Assembly: GCA_036496425.1 (NCBI GenBank)
Contig: DASXLG010000070.1
Location: 6,087 to 70,086, forward strand
Direction of reading: 5' to 3'
DNA length: 64,000 nt
From: Terriglobia bacterium
Lineage (GTDB): Bacteria; Acidobacteriota; Terriglobia; 20CM-2-55-15
In this document: positions 6,849 through 15,944 of the stretch, one piece after another
How positions within the stretch are numbered: the stretch's first letter is position 1
Layout: every line of letters begins with the position of its first letter
Position numbers and translations under genes: made by a program
The notes under the pieces: generated by a model
Databases searched by the model: none
What the model saw: only the letters and a program-made list of their open reading frames with translations
Told to the model about the DNA's origin: nothing

Positions 6849-9320
6849 CTAAAACAGAATCTCGAAGTCTGCGCGATAGCGTCTCTTGTAATGCCCGAAG
6901 AAGGTTCCGAACAGCGGGTCCGCGACGTTCGCGTGCACGTCCAGCGGATTGAAATGGTTCAGTGCGTTCATCACGGTCGCGGAGATTCGCGCCTTGTACT
7001 TCTTCGTGACCTGAAAGTCCTTTGAAATACGCGCGTCGAGTCCGACATAACTTCGATACCGTGAGGCGTCTGAATATGGCAGGCCGACATAATTCCGGTT
7101 GGCGTCGAGGACGGCGTACGGCAATCCCGTGTGATATTCGAAGATCGGAGCCACGCGCGTCTTCCACGGCGTGTTGATGAAGCCCCATGCGAGAAACCGG
7201 TTCGGGATATCGCCCCTCAGGTTTGAGAAGAAATTCGGCTGGATCGGCGTCACGGGGTAGTCCCCCAGATAGCTGCTGAACGTATTCAGGTCTCCTCGCG
7301 CTTTGCTCCGGACGTAAGAAAACATCATCTGCTGGGCGCCTTTCCAGGTCAGCCGCGCCGTCGCTTCGAATTGGCGATAGGTGGACTGGCCGCCGCCGCC
7401 GAGCGCATGCACATTGGCGCCGTTGAGCGCCTGCGCCGTCAGGAGCACTTCATCCCCCGAGTTGCTGTGCTGATAGTTCACGCGAACGTGAAGGTTTCTC
7501 GCGACCGTGCGTTCGAGCTCGACAGTCCACGTCTGGTTGTAAGGAGCGAAATTGCCACGCCCCGTCCCGTGATGGACGAAAGGAAAGGACTGGCTGTCGG
7601 TTTCCATCATGTTGGCGAAGGAGCGGGTTTGCGGCGCGGCGCTCCCGGAACGATCGAACGTCGTGACGATTTCGGCCGGATAGTGGAGGAACGAAAAAAC
7701 CGAAAGCGGCACACGGTCATAGAACACGCCGAAGCCGCCGCGCAGGATCAGCTTGCCCTCCCGGAAAGGCGTCCACGCCGCTGCGACGCGGGGCGCAATA
7801 CGCACCGACGATGCGTCGGCCTGATACTCCATGCGGGCGCCGGCGTCGATCGAGAGGTTGGGGATCAGTGTCCAGTGATCCTGGGCGAACAGCGCAACCT
7901 CCGTATCCATCTTCTGGAATGAGGGAACGCTCGTAAATTCGATGCGTTCGAGTATGTCCAGACTGGAATCCTGAATTTGGACGGGATTGAACGAGACCGT
8001 TGCGCTGTTCGCCACATGCGCCAACAGCGAACCGAACTTCAACGCATGAGCGCTGCCTTTGTTGATGGACAACGTTTCCAGCCATTCGGTCCGGGAACTC
8101 TCGCGGTTGCGGCGCGCGAAATAATTGCCGAGGTTGCCGAAAGGGGTGAATACCATGTCCGCATTGCCCTGCGCTCCAACCCGGGCCCGGTAACCTTGCC
8201 GCGTGATCGTACTGTCCAGCAGACCGTTGAATACGCTCAGATGATCGCCGAAGATAACGGCGTTTTCGAAACTGCGCAGACTGGGAGTCACCGGCTGCGG
8301 GTTGAAAAACGCCGGATCGACGAAATTGATGTGTTCCGGCGCGATATGAGCACTCGCCGTCACGAAATGCGATCCGGAGAGGATGTAATCGAATTGCGTG
8401 AACGAATTCACGCTTTCGTCTTTCGATTCGTTGTTTGGAAACGACAACGTGCGGATCTGTCTCTTCTGCAGGAAATACTGGCCGGATTCGTCGAAGAAAA
8501 GCCTGTTCCGGATCAACGGCCCGCCGAAGGTCACGCGCGGCGTCTCATTGCGAAGGCCGCGAAGGTGCCCGCTGCGGACACGGATGTCCGGGAAGGGATC
8601 CTTCAAAGCGAACTTCCATTTGTCGCCGCCGCGTTTGGTTTCCACGTCGACGACGCCGGCCGTGAAGCCTCCATACTGAGGGAGAAACGGGCTCTTCAGA
8701 ACGTTGATGGACTCCACGCTGTCGACCGGCACCGTGGCGCCGAAACCTCCCGTGACGGGATCGGCCACGTTTGTCGCATTCACCAGGAGCGCGCTTTGTT
8801 GTTCGCCCTGACCGTTAATCTGAACTTCTCCATCCGGCCCGCGGTTGATGCCGGGTACCAGCGTCAGCGCTTCCGCAACCGTTGCCGGACGCGTCGCCAC
8901 ATCGTCCAATTGGGCCGATTTCAGTTCCGCGGCCGGCGGTGCCCCGGCTTGAACATCGACGCCCGGCGCATCGGCGACAACATCCACGTTGTCCGTTCGC
9001 CGGAGCTTCGAAAGCAGCGTCACGTCGATGTCGATCTGCTGCCGCTCGTCGGCGATCGCGATCGTCTGCACCGACGGCTCGAAGCCGTCGCAGGCGATAG
9101 AAATCTTATATTCGCCCGCGGGCAGCGCCGCGATCGCCGCCTTTCCGTCCGGATCGCTCACGGCGCGCGCGACAGGTTTGCCGTCTCGCTCTGCCTGAAC
9201 AATCGCACCCTGGATCCCGACGCCGGCGTCCGTATGTACGTTGATCAGCACCGGCCGCAGTCCCTGTGCGGATAACAACGTCGCGATCCCGGCGATGATG
9301 AGCGCCTTTATCGCCAACAC
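6849..9320 (-). CDS. TonB-dependent outer-membrane receptor with an N-terminal carboxypeptidase-regulatory-like domain
   Basis: Signal peptide MLAIKALIIAGIATLLSAQG. The N-terminal beta-sandwich (GAIVQAERDGKPVARAVSDPDGKAAIAALPAGEYKISIACDGFEP) is followed by a plug/barrel region (VQINGQGEQQSALLVNATNVADPVTGGFGATVPVDSVESINVLKSPF..). The protein is 823 aa and ends ...ADFEILF, a terminal Phe typical of OM beta-barrels. Confidence 0.8.
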   Translation of the reverse strand: MLAIKALIIAGIATLLSAQGLRPVLINVHTDAGVGIQGAIVQAERDGKPVARAVSDPDGKAAIAALPAGEYKISIACDGFEPSVQTIAIADERQQIDIDVTLLSKLRRTDNVDVVADAPGVDVQAGAPPAAELKSAQLDDVATRPATVAEALTLVPGINRGPDGEVQINGQGEQQSALLVNATNVADPVTGGFGATVPVDSVESINVLKSPFLPQYGGFTAGVVDVETKRGGDKWKFALKDPFPDIRVRSGHLRGLRNETPRVTFGGPLIRNRLFFDESGQYFLQKRQIRTLSFPNNESKDESVNSFTQFDYILSGSHFVTASAHIAPEHINFVDPAFFNPQPVTPSLRSFENAVIFGDHLSVFNGLLDSTITRQGYRARVGAQGNADMVFTPFGNLGNYFARRNRESSRTEWLETLSINKGSAHALKFGSLLAHVANSATVSFNPVQIQDSSLDILERIEFTSVPSFQKMDTEVALFAQDHWTLIPNLSIDAGARMEYQADASSVRIAPRVAAAWTPFREGKLILRGGFGVFYDRVPLSVFSFLHYPAEIVTTFDRSGSAAPQTRSFANMMETDSQSFPFVHHGTGRGNFAPYNQTWTVELERTVARNLHVRVNYQHSNSGDEVLLTAQALNGANVHALGGGGQSTYRQFEATARLTWKGAQQMMFSYVRSKARGDLNTFSSYLGDYPVTPIQPNFFSNLRGDIPNRFLAWGFINTPWKTRVAPIFEYHTGLPYAVLDANRNYVGLPYSDASRYRSYVGLDARISKDFQVTKKYKARISATVMNALNHFNPLDVHANVADPLFGTFFGHYKRRYRADFEILF

Positions 9321-9460
9321 GACTCCCTCTCAATGCCAAACGATTACCAGTTCTTCTGTTCTGAGAACCTTTGAGCAAAATTATACGCCCCGCAGAGCGC
9401 ACATTAGAAAAAGATAAAGAAGATTTTTACGGGGTCTGCGAGGGCTTAAGGGTTTGAACG

Positions 9461-9490
9461 AAGACGAATCCCCTCCTTGAAAAGGAGGGG
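9461..9490. repeat. Isolated CCCCTCCTTGAAAAGGAGGGG hairpin, the same stem-loop that terminates the R2 repeat family
   Basis: cgaatcccctccttgaaaaggaggggattacg sits in the 400-bp divergent intergenic region between the TonB receptor and the beta-propeller gene. An identical hairpin occurs at 62858-62880, and a CCCCGCC variant at 48247-48267. Confidence 0.6.
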
Positions 9491-9723
9491 ATTACGCTCG
9501 GTTCGACAATTCAGGCTAGAAAATGTTCTCCTCCAAAGATGTTTGCCTGACAAAACAGGCGAACATGATAGGGGGACGAGACACGCGGACGCGTCACAAT
9601 CAAGTAAATATCTTGTCAATAAAAAGCTTCGGGGAATAAACCCGGCGGGTGAGGGCTTGTACGCCACAGACGTTCAAACCGCAGAACGGCAATTAAAGAA
9701 ACAATTCACAAGAAGGAGATGGA

Positions 9724-11343
9724 ATGAAAAAACAGCTCATCGCGTTGTTTAGTGCAGCCTTCATGATTGCGGGTTTCTCTGCAAAAGTGCAGGCTGCCGA
9801 TCCCCAGAAAACTCTGGTCGTCACCATGACGAACGACTCCAACAATAATTCGGTCATCGTGGTCGACGCTGCCATGCAGACCCGGCTTCAAACGCTCTCC
9901 ACTAATGGGAAAGGGGGCGTCACCGGAAATAATCGAGGAGTGAGGCAATACCAGGACCAGTTATTTGCAGCCGTCAACTATGGCTCCGGAACGGTGGCCG
10001 TGTTTCAACGTGCTGGGGACCAGTTGACGTTCGAGCAAACAGTCGTAACCACCAGCCCTCCGGTCAGCCTGGAGTTCGCCAACGGCCACATGTACGTTGC
10101 CGGAGACACGACCGTGGATTCATTCATTCTTCAGGGAAGCCACATCGGAGGATTGGATGGTACCGCACGGCTGGTTCTGGCCGGCGGCGGCGTTCCCATC
10201 GGCGGCGATACCGCTCAGGTCGCGGCGGCGGGTGGCAACACGTTGCTCGTATCGATTAAAACAGACCCGATTCCGGGCACGATGGATGTGGTCCCCCTCA
10301 ATTCGAACGGAGCGGTTTCCGGAATGCCTGTTGGCGTTTCAGCTCCTCCGGGCACCCTGACGCCCTTCGGCTTTTCGGTTTATCCGGACGGAAGCGCTGT
10401 GGTTACTCTGGCACATTCCAACCAATTCGGACTGTTCAGGAATAATTCATTTATCGACGTTGTGGCTGCCGGCCAGATGGCGGACTGCTGGACCACGCGG
10501 GTCGGAAAATATGTATTCGCCGTCAATACAGGCAGCCACACCATCAGCCGTGTTCTGGGCACCGGGAGCAATATCTTCGTGGATAGCGCCGTGGCGACAA
10601 CCATCACCACCGGGGCGCCAACGGACGCGGATTCGACCGGTGGTTATTTCGGCGTTATCGACCATACCACCGGCGCCGGGGCGGCATCGCATTTGACCTT
10701 GTTTACCTACGATGAACTCGGAGAATTGTCTCCTATCGGCAGCGCGCTCAACCTCGGCGTTCCTGCCCCTGACGGGATAGCCATAATGGCGCCGGAGTTC
10801 GCCGCCGCCAATAGCATCACGGGAAACCTGACCGTTTCGGCGGGCCAGGTCGTGAATCTCAGCCAACAAACCGTGACCGGCAACGTCACCGTGACCGGCG
10901 GCACGTTGATCTTGAGAAACGGCTCCCGGATCGGCGGCAACCTGCAAGTTTCAGGGGGCAGTGTTTCACTCGCCAAGAGTGCGATTGGCGGAAACGCGCA
11001 GTTTGATGGCGGCGGCAGCTTCTCGATTGGGGAAGGCGTCGCAATCAACGGCAACCTCCAGATTGGAAATCTCCCCGCTAGTGCGGGACTCAACACCGTG
11101 TGCGGTTCCAGTGTCGGGGGCAACCTGGAGTTCCACAACAACAACGCGCCCGCGGCGATCGGGTCAGGCAGCGGCTGTGCTGGAAATCTGGTCGGCGGGA
11201 ATCTGCAAGTCAACAACAACTTCGCTCAAGTGCAGGTTTTCGGCAATCAAGTGACGAACAATCTGCAGTGCCAGCAAAATTCGTCCATCACCGGCGGCGG
11301 GAACGCGGCCAGATCCAAACAGGGGCAGTGCTCGGCGTTCTGA
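9724..11343 (+). CDS. Secreted beta-propeller (lactonase/NHL-like) protein with a C-terminal GG-N-L-x-V repeat (beta-helix/bactofilin-like) extension
   Basis: AAGGAG Shine-Dalgarno. Signal peptide MKKQLIALFSAAFMIAGFSAKVQA. Residues 25-360 are about 70% identical to the downstream paralog. The C-terminal 180 aa consist of GNLTVSAGQVVNL / GNVTVTGGTLIL / GGNLQVSGGSVSL / GGNAQFDGGGSFSI / NGNLQIGNL / GGNLEFHNNN / GGNLQVNNN repeats. Confidence 0.65.
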   Translation: MKKQLIALFSAAFMIAGFSAKVQAADPQKTLVVTMTNDSNNNSVIVVDAAMQTRLQTLSTNGKGGVTGNNRGVRQYQDQLFAAVNYGSGTVAVFQRAGDQLTFEQTVVTTSPPVSLEFANGHMYVAGDTTVDSFILQGSHIGGLDGTARLVLAGGGVPIGGDTAQVAAAGGNTLLVSIKTDPIPGTMDVVPLNSNGAVSGMPVGVSAPPGTLTPFGFSVYPDGSAVVTLAHSNQFGLFRNNSFIDVVAAGQMADCWTTRVGKYVFAVNTGSHTISRVLGTGSNIFVDSAVATTITTGAPTDADSTGGYFGVIDHTTGAGAASHLTLFTYDELGELSPIGSALNLGVPAPDGIAIMAPEFAAANSITGNLTVSAGQVVNLSQQTVTGNVTVTGGTLILRNGSRIGGNLQVSGGSVSLAKSAIGGNAQFDGGGSFSIGEGVAINGNLQIGNLPASAGLNTVCGSSVGGNLEFHNNNAPAAIGSGSGCAGNLVGGNLQVNNNFAQVQVFGNQVTNNLQCQQNSSITGGGNAARSKQGQCSAF

Positions 11344-11398
11344 GCAGAACGTCAAAACGCAAAACGGTAATCAAAGAAACGATTCACAAGGAGATGGA

Positions 11399-12484
11399 AT
11401 GAAAAGACAGCTCATCGCGTTGTTTAGTGCAGCCGTCATGATTGCGGGTTCTTCTGCAAGAGTGCAGGCTGCCGGTTCCCAAAAAACTCTGGTCGTTACG
11501 ATGACGAACGACCCCAACAATAATGCAGTCATCGTGGTCGATGCTGCCACGCAGACCCGGCGTCAAACGCTCTCCACCAACGGGAAAGGAGGCGTCAGCG
11601 GGAACAATCGAGGATTGAAGCAATACCAGGACCAGTTGTTTGCAGCCGTCAACTATCGCTCCGGAACGGTGGCCGTGTTTCAACGGGTGGGTGACCAGTT
11701 GGCGCTCCAGCAAACTGTCGTTACCTCCAGCCCTCCGGTAAGCGTGGACTTCGCCAATGGCCACATGTACGTTGCCGGCGATACCACTGCGGATTCATTC
11801 ATTCTTGACGGGAGCCGTGTCGGAGTATTGGATGGTAGCGCACGACTGGTTCTGGCCGGCGGCGGTATTCCCGTCAGCGGAGACACGGCTCAGGTCTCGG
11901 CTGCGGATGCCAAAACGTTACTGGTATCGATCAAGACAGACCCGACCCCGGGCACAATGGATGTGGTTCCCCTCAATCCGAACGGAGCCATTTCCGGAAC
12001 GCCTGCTGCTGTTTCAGCTCCTCCAGGAAGCTTGACGCCCTTCGGCTTTTCGGTTTACCCGGACGGAACCGCGGTAATCACCTTGGCACATTCCAGCCAA
12101 CTCGGACTGTTCAGGAATAACTCATTTGTCGGCGTTGTGCCCGCCGGCCAGGCGGCGGATTGCTGGACCACACGGATCGGAAAATATGTTCTGGTTGTCA
12201 ATACCGGCAGCCAGACGATCAGCCGTGTTTTGGGCACCGGAAGCAATATCTTCGTGGACAGCTCCGTGGTGACAAGAATCGTCACGGGAAATCCTACGGA
12301 CACCGATGCTGCCGGCGGTTATCTCGGCGTCATCGACAAAGGCACCGGTGCCGGGGCGCATTTGACCCTGTTTACATACAATGACTTCGCAGAATTGTCG
12401 CCGAGCGGTACGCTCAACCTCGGAAATATTGCTCCTAACGGGGTAGCCATAATGACTCCAGCGCAATTCGAAGACGAAGACTGA
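11399..12484 (+). CDS. Secreted beta-propeller paralog, a tandem duplicate that lacks the C-terminal repeat extension
   Basis: MKRQLIALFSAAVMIAGSSARVQAAGSQKTLVVTMTNDPNNNAVIVVDAATQTRRQTLSTNGKGGVSGNNRGLKQYQDQLFAAVNY... aligns colinearly with 9724..11343, and the 5' leader (aaagaaac.attcacaag.aggagatggaatg) is also duplicated. Confidence 0.65.
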   Translation: MKRQLIALFSAAVMIAGSSARVQAAGSQKTLVVTMTNDPNNNAVIVVDAATQTRRQTLSTNGKGGVSGNNRGLKQYQDQLFAAVNYRSGTVAVFQRVGDQLALQQTVVTSSPPVSVDFANGHMYVAGDTTADSFILDGSRVGVLDGSARLVLAGGGIPVSGDTAQVSAADAKTLLVSIKTDPTPGTMDVVPLNPNGAISGTPAAVSAPPGSLTPFGFSVYPDGTAVITLAHSSQLGLFRNNSFVGVVPAGQAADCWTTRIGKYVLVVNTGSQTISRVLGTGSNIFVDSSVVTRIVTGNPTDTDAAGGYLGVIDKGTGAGAHLTLFTYNDFAELSPSGTLNLGNIAPNGVAIMTPAQFEDED

Positions 12485-12509
12485 AGCGAAGGGATCCCCG
12501 TGACTTTTC

Positions 12510-12537
12510 CTGGGAAGCTCGAACTATGAGCTTCCCA
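12510..12537 (+). terminator. Hairpin terminator downstream of the beta-propeller paralog
   Basis: gggaagctcgaactatgagcttccc has a 9-bp GC-rich stem and begins 26 nt after the stop codon. Confidence 0.45.
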
Positions 12538-12713
12538 GTCCTCCGTTTCTGTTTGCGATATCAGAATGATACCGCTCCGTTGTCAATTGGACACTGAGGC
12601 TCAAGACATCACCGGAACAGATCATGGGGTGAGTCTGAACGTCGGAGACGTTAGCCGAGGCTTCTGGCTGGGTTCGCGCTGGCATCGCTTTGCACAAAAA
12701 GTCGCCCAGAAGG

Positions 12714-12810
12714 ACATTCCCCGCCTTTCCAAGGCGGGGTGGCTGCGCCACTAATAAAACGGTCCCGTTCCTTAGCGGCGCAGACGGGGCGGTTAGTAAC
12801 TTCCATCAAC
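12714..12810. repeat. R2 structured repeat, copy b (core only)
   Basis: acattccccgcctttccaaggcggggtggctgcgccactaataaaacggtcccgttccttagcggcgcagacggggcggttagtaacttccatcaac is near-identical to the cores at 48079-48175 and 62704-62800. It contains the hairpins CCCCGCCtttccaaGGCGGGG and CTGCGCC...GGCGCAG. Confidence 0.8.
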
Positions 12811-13144
12811 CACCCTCGCGCCGGATCTCGGAAAAACAGGGCATGCGCCTCATCGCGGTCTAAGAGCGGGATTACGTATGCGGCCGCTTGCCGGCCGAAG
12901 TCTGGGAGATTGTGGATATCGAACTTCGATTGCTTCCTTAAGAAGAGGTTTGGATCTAAACTTGCGTTAATGCTGTCAACACCTTACGAGGAATCATGCG
13001 TCGTCCACACACAACATTCCGGACGCCGCCGAATGGGTTGATTCGATACCCGGCCTTTGACAACGTAAAAGGGACCCATGCAGAATTCCGGGACGTGACC
13101 GCAAATCTCCCGATTTAAGTTCCGATCTGGAGATTTTCTTTCCC

Positions 13145-13440
13145 AAAACGAGATTTATTCTCCGAAAATGAAAAAGGAGTTCCTATCTCCAGATTCTTTC
13201 TCCTATTTCCAGATTCTCTTTCCCAAAACGGGGATTTATTCTCCGAAAACGAAAAAGGAATTCCTATCTCCAGATTCTTTCTCCCATTTCCAGATTTTCT
13301 TTCCGAAATCGAGATTCATTCTCCGAAAACGAAAAAGGAGTTCCTATCTCCAGATTCTTTCTCCTATTTCCAGATTCTCTTTCCGAAATCGAGATTCATT
13401 CTCCGAAAACGAAAAAGGAGTTCCTTTGTGGAACCCACCC
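13145..13440. repeat. AT-rich tandem satellite, about 3.7 copies of an 80-81 bp unit
   Basis: The unit ttctccgaaaacgaaaaaggagttcctatctccagattctttctcctatttccagattctctttcc(c/g)aaa(a/t)cg.gat(t)tat recurs at 13158, 13239, 13319 and 13399 with a few substitutions. The region's GC is far below the window average. Confidence 0.85.
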
Positions 13441-13485
13441 GCGGATCCGAACGAATGACCGCGGGCGGGTTGGATTTTCAATCCG

Positions 13486-13791
13486 TTAGGCGGCTTCCTG
13501 GCCGGATTTGCCGGTAGTGGTGGTGGTAGAGCTTTCACCCTTGATTTCGATCTTCCGCCGGTTTTTGTATTGTTGAGGAGCATCGACCGTCACTTCGAGA
13601 ACACCGTTCTTGAAGTTTGCGGTGGTCATACCCGGCATATCTGCACGAAGGACGAGCTTTCCATTGCGTTCAAAAATATCGATCTGCGGCGAGAACGTCT
13701 CGAGTCGCATCGAGGGCGTAAACCTTCTTCAGGCGGGAAAGCCGAAGCCTTCGACCATCCGATCCATCTCATCCGCAAAACGCCGCATCAT
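13486..13791 (-). pseudogene. Degenerate Hsp20/alpha-crystallin small heat-shock gene, with an in-frame TGA and an internal deletion
   Basis: A single frame reads MMRRFADEMDRMVEGFGFPA-TGA(13729-13731)-RRFTPSMRLETFSPQIDIFERNGKLVLRADMPGMTTANFKNGVLEVTVDAPQQYKNRRKIEIKGE. The Hsp20 N-terminal motif (R.F..EMDR...F) and the first strands (P.VDI.E.....V.A.LPG) are present. About 50 residues between the LPG turn and the C-terminal NGVL.V..PK...K.I.I block are missing. Confidence 0.45.
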
Positions 13792-13796
13792 AAGTT

Positions 13797-15398
13797 TCAA
13801 TTGTCGGTCGGCCGTTCCTCGATGTGATCGACGATGAAAACGGGGTAGGTGCGCTTCTGCGCTTCCAGTTTCAGCCCGAGCTGTTTGTCAATGACGTCGA
13901 CAAGCGAAAGTCCTCCGACCGGATCGGATGTAGCCCCCGCAGGCCCTCCCGAAAACGGATTGCCCCGTCCAGCAGCCTGAAGCGCCACGAGAGGATCAAA
14001 GGCGAAGCTAAAGTCCCAGCCTCCGTCGAGCCCGGTTGCGTCCACAATAGGATAGCGAAAGTATGGACCCCCATATGGTCCTGCGATGCTTTGCAGCTGA
14101 CTGGCAAACTGTGCCATCGTCATGTTCTGGCACGATACAGGTTGAGAGATCACCTGCCCTGTACGCGATAGGTTTTCCAGCTTACAACCGGTACGAGTCG
14201 AAGCGTCCGCCTTCTTGAGTTTCGGCTTTGCAGCCACCAACGCATAAGCAGCCACCAAGCGGTCCTCATAATGGATCTTCATTTTGAAGCGGTCCATCAG
14301 CAAAGTTTGAAGCATCTCCGGTATGGGAGCCGTCGCGGCATCTGCACCTCTGAAGGCGGCCGGCAACGTTGCAATCATGTCGAATCTCGCCGAATCGAGC
14401 CATTTCGGCGCGCCGATCAACTCTTCATTCGGGTCCAGGTTCCAGGCGATTGAGATCACTGAATGCAGGGGAATAATCCCGCCTGATATCATGACGCGGC
14501 CGCCCGGCTGAATGCCTCCGGCCCCTACCTCGTTGCCACCGGTCCCGGTCGGCTTAATCACCGCTACTTCGAACGCGGCTGGTGGAAGAGGGGGTAGCCG
14601 TTTGGCGGTGTCCGGCGGATTGACGCTGGGTTTTTCATTGACTCCGTCTACCAGGATGACAGGAGTCAGCACCGTTTGCTCCTGGAGCTTCAGCCCCAGT
14701 TGCGTATTGATGCCATCCAACAGGGTGACGCGTTCGGATCCGGCTGGCTGGCTCTTATCGGTAAAGCGGATATCGAGGTCCCATGAACCCTTCAACCCGG
14801 TGGAGTTTAAAACATAGCCACCGGCGCGGCCCTTCAGTTCTGCCGCAAACGCATCCATGGTGATGTTGCGGCAGGAAAGGTTCACCATAATTATCTGGCG
14901 CTCAATGACTGGTTGCGACTGGCATCCCGTCTTGCCCGATACGTCCGCGTCCTTAAGTTTGCTCTTGCCCACCGATAGTACGAACCCGGGGATAAGTTTT
15001 GTATCGTTGTGGACCATCAGCTTGAACCGGTCCGCGAGGAGAGACTGGAGCATGAGATTTAGCGTAGCTTGCTGCGTGTTGGGCGGAACCAGGGCCGTCA
15101 CATCGAATTGATCGAATTCCAACCAGCTCGGCCCCCCACTGACCCTGTCGCTGTCGACCGTATAGGCGGTCCCGATCAAGTCCACCATGGTAGCGTTGCG
15201 CACTTCGTAGCGTTCACCCCTCAGGCTCGTTCGAAAACCCTCCTTGCCGCCAATCCGGCCCAATATGCCATTGCGGATAATTCGAGAGCTCTCATGGACA
15301 TCCGCAATTTCAAACGTGGGACGTGTACGCGTCGATTGACCAAATCCCGAACCCGACAGAACGGCAGCCACCGTTAAAACAACGCATACTCGCATCAT
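13797..15398 (-). CDS. Secreted two-repeat DUF3738/TIGR03435-like protein (Acidobacteria-expanded family)
   Basis: Signal peptide MMRVCVVLTVAAVLSGSGFGQ. Two internal repeats each carry the blocks ...FEVA(D/V)...N..M..LI..A(Y/W)......(I/V).G.P.WL....FD(V/M).A..P and ...L..(L/M)L..RF..K.H...(K/R)...(F/Y)(V/A)L..(G/A)K.K.L.K.A. Length is 533 aa. Confidence 0.55.
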   Translation of the reverse strand: MMRVCVVLTVAAVLSGSGFGQSTRTRPTFEIADVHESSRIIRNGILGRIGGKEGFRTSLRGERYEVRNATMVDLIGTAYTVDSDRVSGGPSWLEFDQFDVTALVPPNTQQATLNLMLQSLLADRFKLMVHNDTKLIPGFVLSVGKSKLKDADVSGKTGCQSQPVIERQIIMVNLSCRNITMDAFAAELKGRAGGYVLNSTGLKGSWDLDIRFTDKSQPAGSERVTLLDGINTQLGLKLQEQTVLTPVILVDGVNEKPSVNPPDTAKRLPPLPPAAFEVAVIKPTGTGGNEVGAGGIQPGGRVMISGGIIPLHSVISIAWNLDPNEELIGAPKWLDSARFDMIATLPAAFRGADAATAPIPEMLQTLLMDRFKMKIHYEDRLVAAYALVAAKPKLKKADASTRTGCKLENLSRTGQVISQPVSCQNMTMAQFASQLQSIAGPYGGPYFRYPIVDATGLDGGWDFSFAFDPLVALQAAGRGNPFSGGPAGATSDPVGGLSLVDVIDKQLGLKLEAQKRTYPVFIVDHIEERPTDN

Positions 15399-15521
15399 CT
15401 TGTCTCATCTCCGTAAGGGAATCGCTGCTGTTATTTGTAAGACGCTCGGAAGCGGCTGGAAGTTTAATTTATCATCAAGGGTGGATAGCGACGGGAAACC
15501 GGCCGCAGAACGTCCGTTATT

Positions 15522-15779
15522 TTGTTCCGGCCGTCGACCTGCGCGCGGATGACTTTTCTGTCAAAACTACGACTCTTTGATACACACGACATAGGCCGTT
15601 ATTGGGAGCACATGCCCGCGGTGGAGTTCGAGCCTGGAGCCATCAAAGTCAGAAAGCACCTTGTCGCCATCGACGAAGAGATTGTTCCCAAGCTCGATCG
15701 CATCGCGAAATCGAAAAAGATGTCTTCCGAATCGCTCATCAACAAGTGGTTGAGAGAGAAGCTTTCCAGAGCGGGATAG
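15522..15779 (+). CDS. Orphan ribbon-helix-helix (BrnA/CopG-like) antitoxin-domain protein
   Basis: ...DTHDIGRYWEHMPAVEFEPGAIKVRKHLVAIDEEIVPKLDRIAKSKKMSSESLINKWLREKL resembles BrnA-type antitoxins (a dsbB-like N-terminal acidic block plus a C-terminal RHH ...LINSVLREYL). No cognate toxin lies directly adjacent. Confidence 0.4.
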   Translation: MFRPSTCARMTFLSKLRLFDTHDIGRYWEHMPAVEFEPGAIKVRKHLVAIDEEIVPKLDRIAKSKKMSSESLINKWLREKLSRAG

Positions 15780-15944
15780 GCTTCACGGCGCTTTGCACAA
15801 CGGAACCCGCGTGTCATACATCGCACACCTCTCGAGCGGGCGGCAGTGCCTGCCGATTGGCCGCGTGGCAAGTTGCTGAAAGCCGTGCCGAAGTAGAACA
15901 AGTCGTTCTTGTCTATGCATTGCATATACAATCTGGATTAGGCA

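Noticed and set aside
9330-9723. Possible ncRNA or riboswitch in the 400-bp divergent intergenic region upstream of the beta-propeller gene
   Set aside because: Apart from the single R2-type hairpin at 9468-9488 I could not identify conserved riboswitch cores such as TPP, cobalamin, SAM or glycine elements. It is probably just a divergent promoter region, so it is left as a repeat feature only.
12524-12751. Mini-ORF MAQPPRLGKAGNV..., conserved in all three R2 copies, as a possible small protein
   Set aside because: The conservation is explained by the repeat itself. The sequence after the first 13 codons differs completely between copies (a stop after 17, 31 and 75 codons respectively), so protein-level selection is not evident. 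It is retained only as a possible leader-peptide idea in the findings.
12740-12810. tRNA-like or tmRNA-like gene in the R2 core (GC-rich stems)
   Set aside because: No cloverleaf can be drawn. There are no conserved T-loop (GTTCRANYC) or D-loop elements, and there is no anticodon-stem geometry. The stems are simple consecutive hairpins.
13145-13440. Possible CRISPR array (regularly spaced direct repeats in an AT-rich noncoding stretch)
   Set aside because: The whole 80-81 bp unit is repeated head-to-tail, including what would be the spacers. There are no unique spacer sequences, no 28-37 bp repeat/spacer alternation, and no cas genes nearby. It is a tandem satellite.
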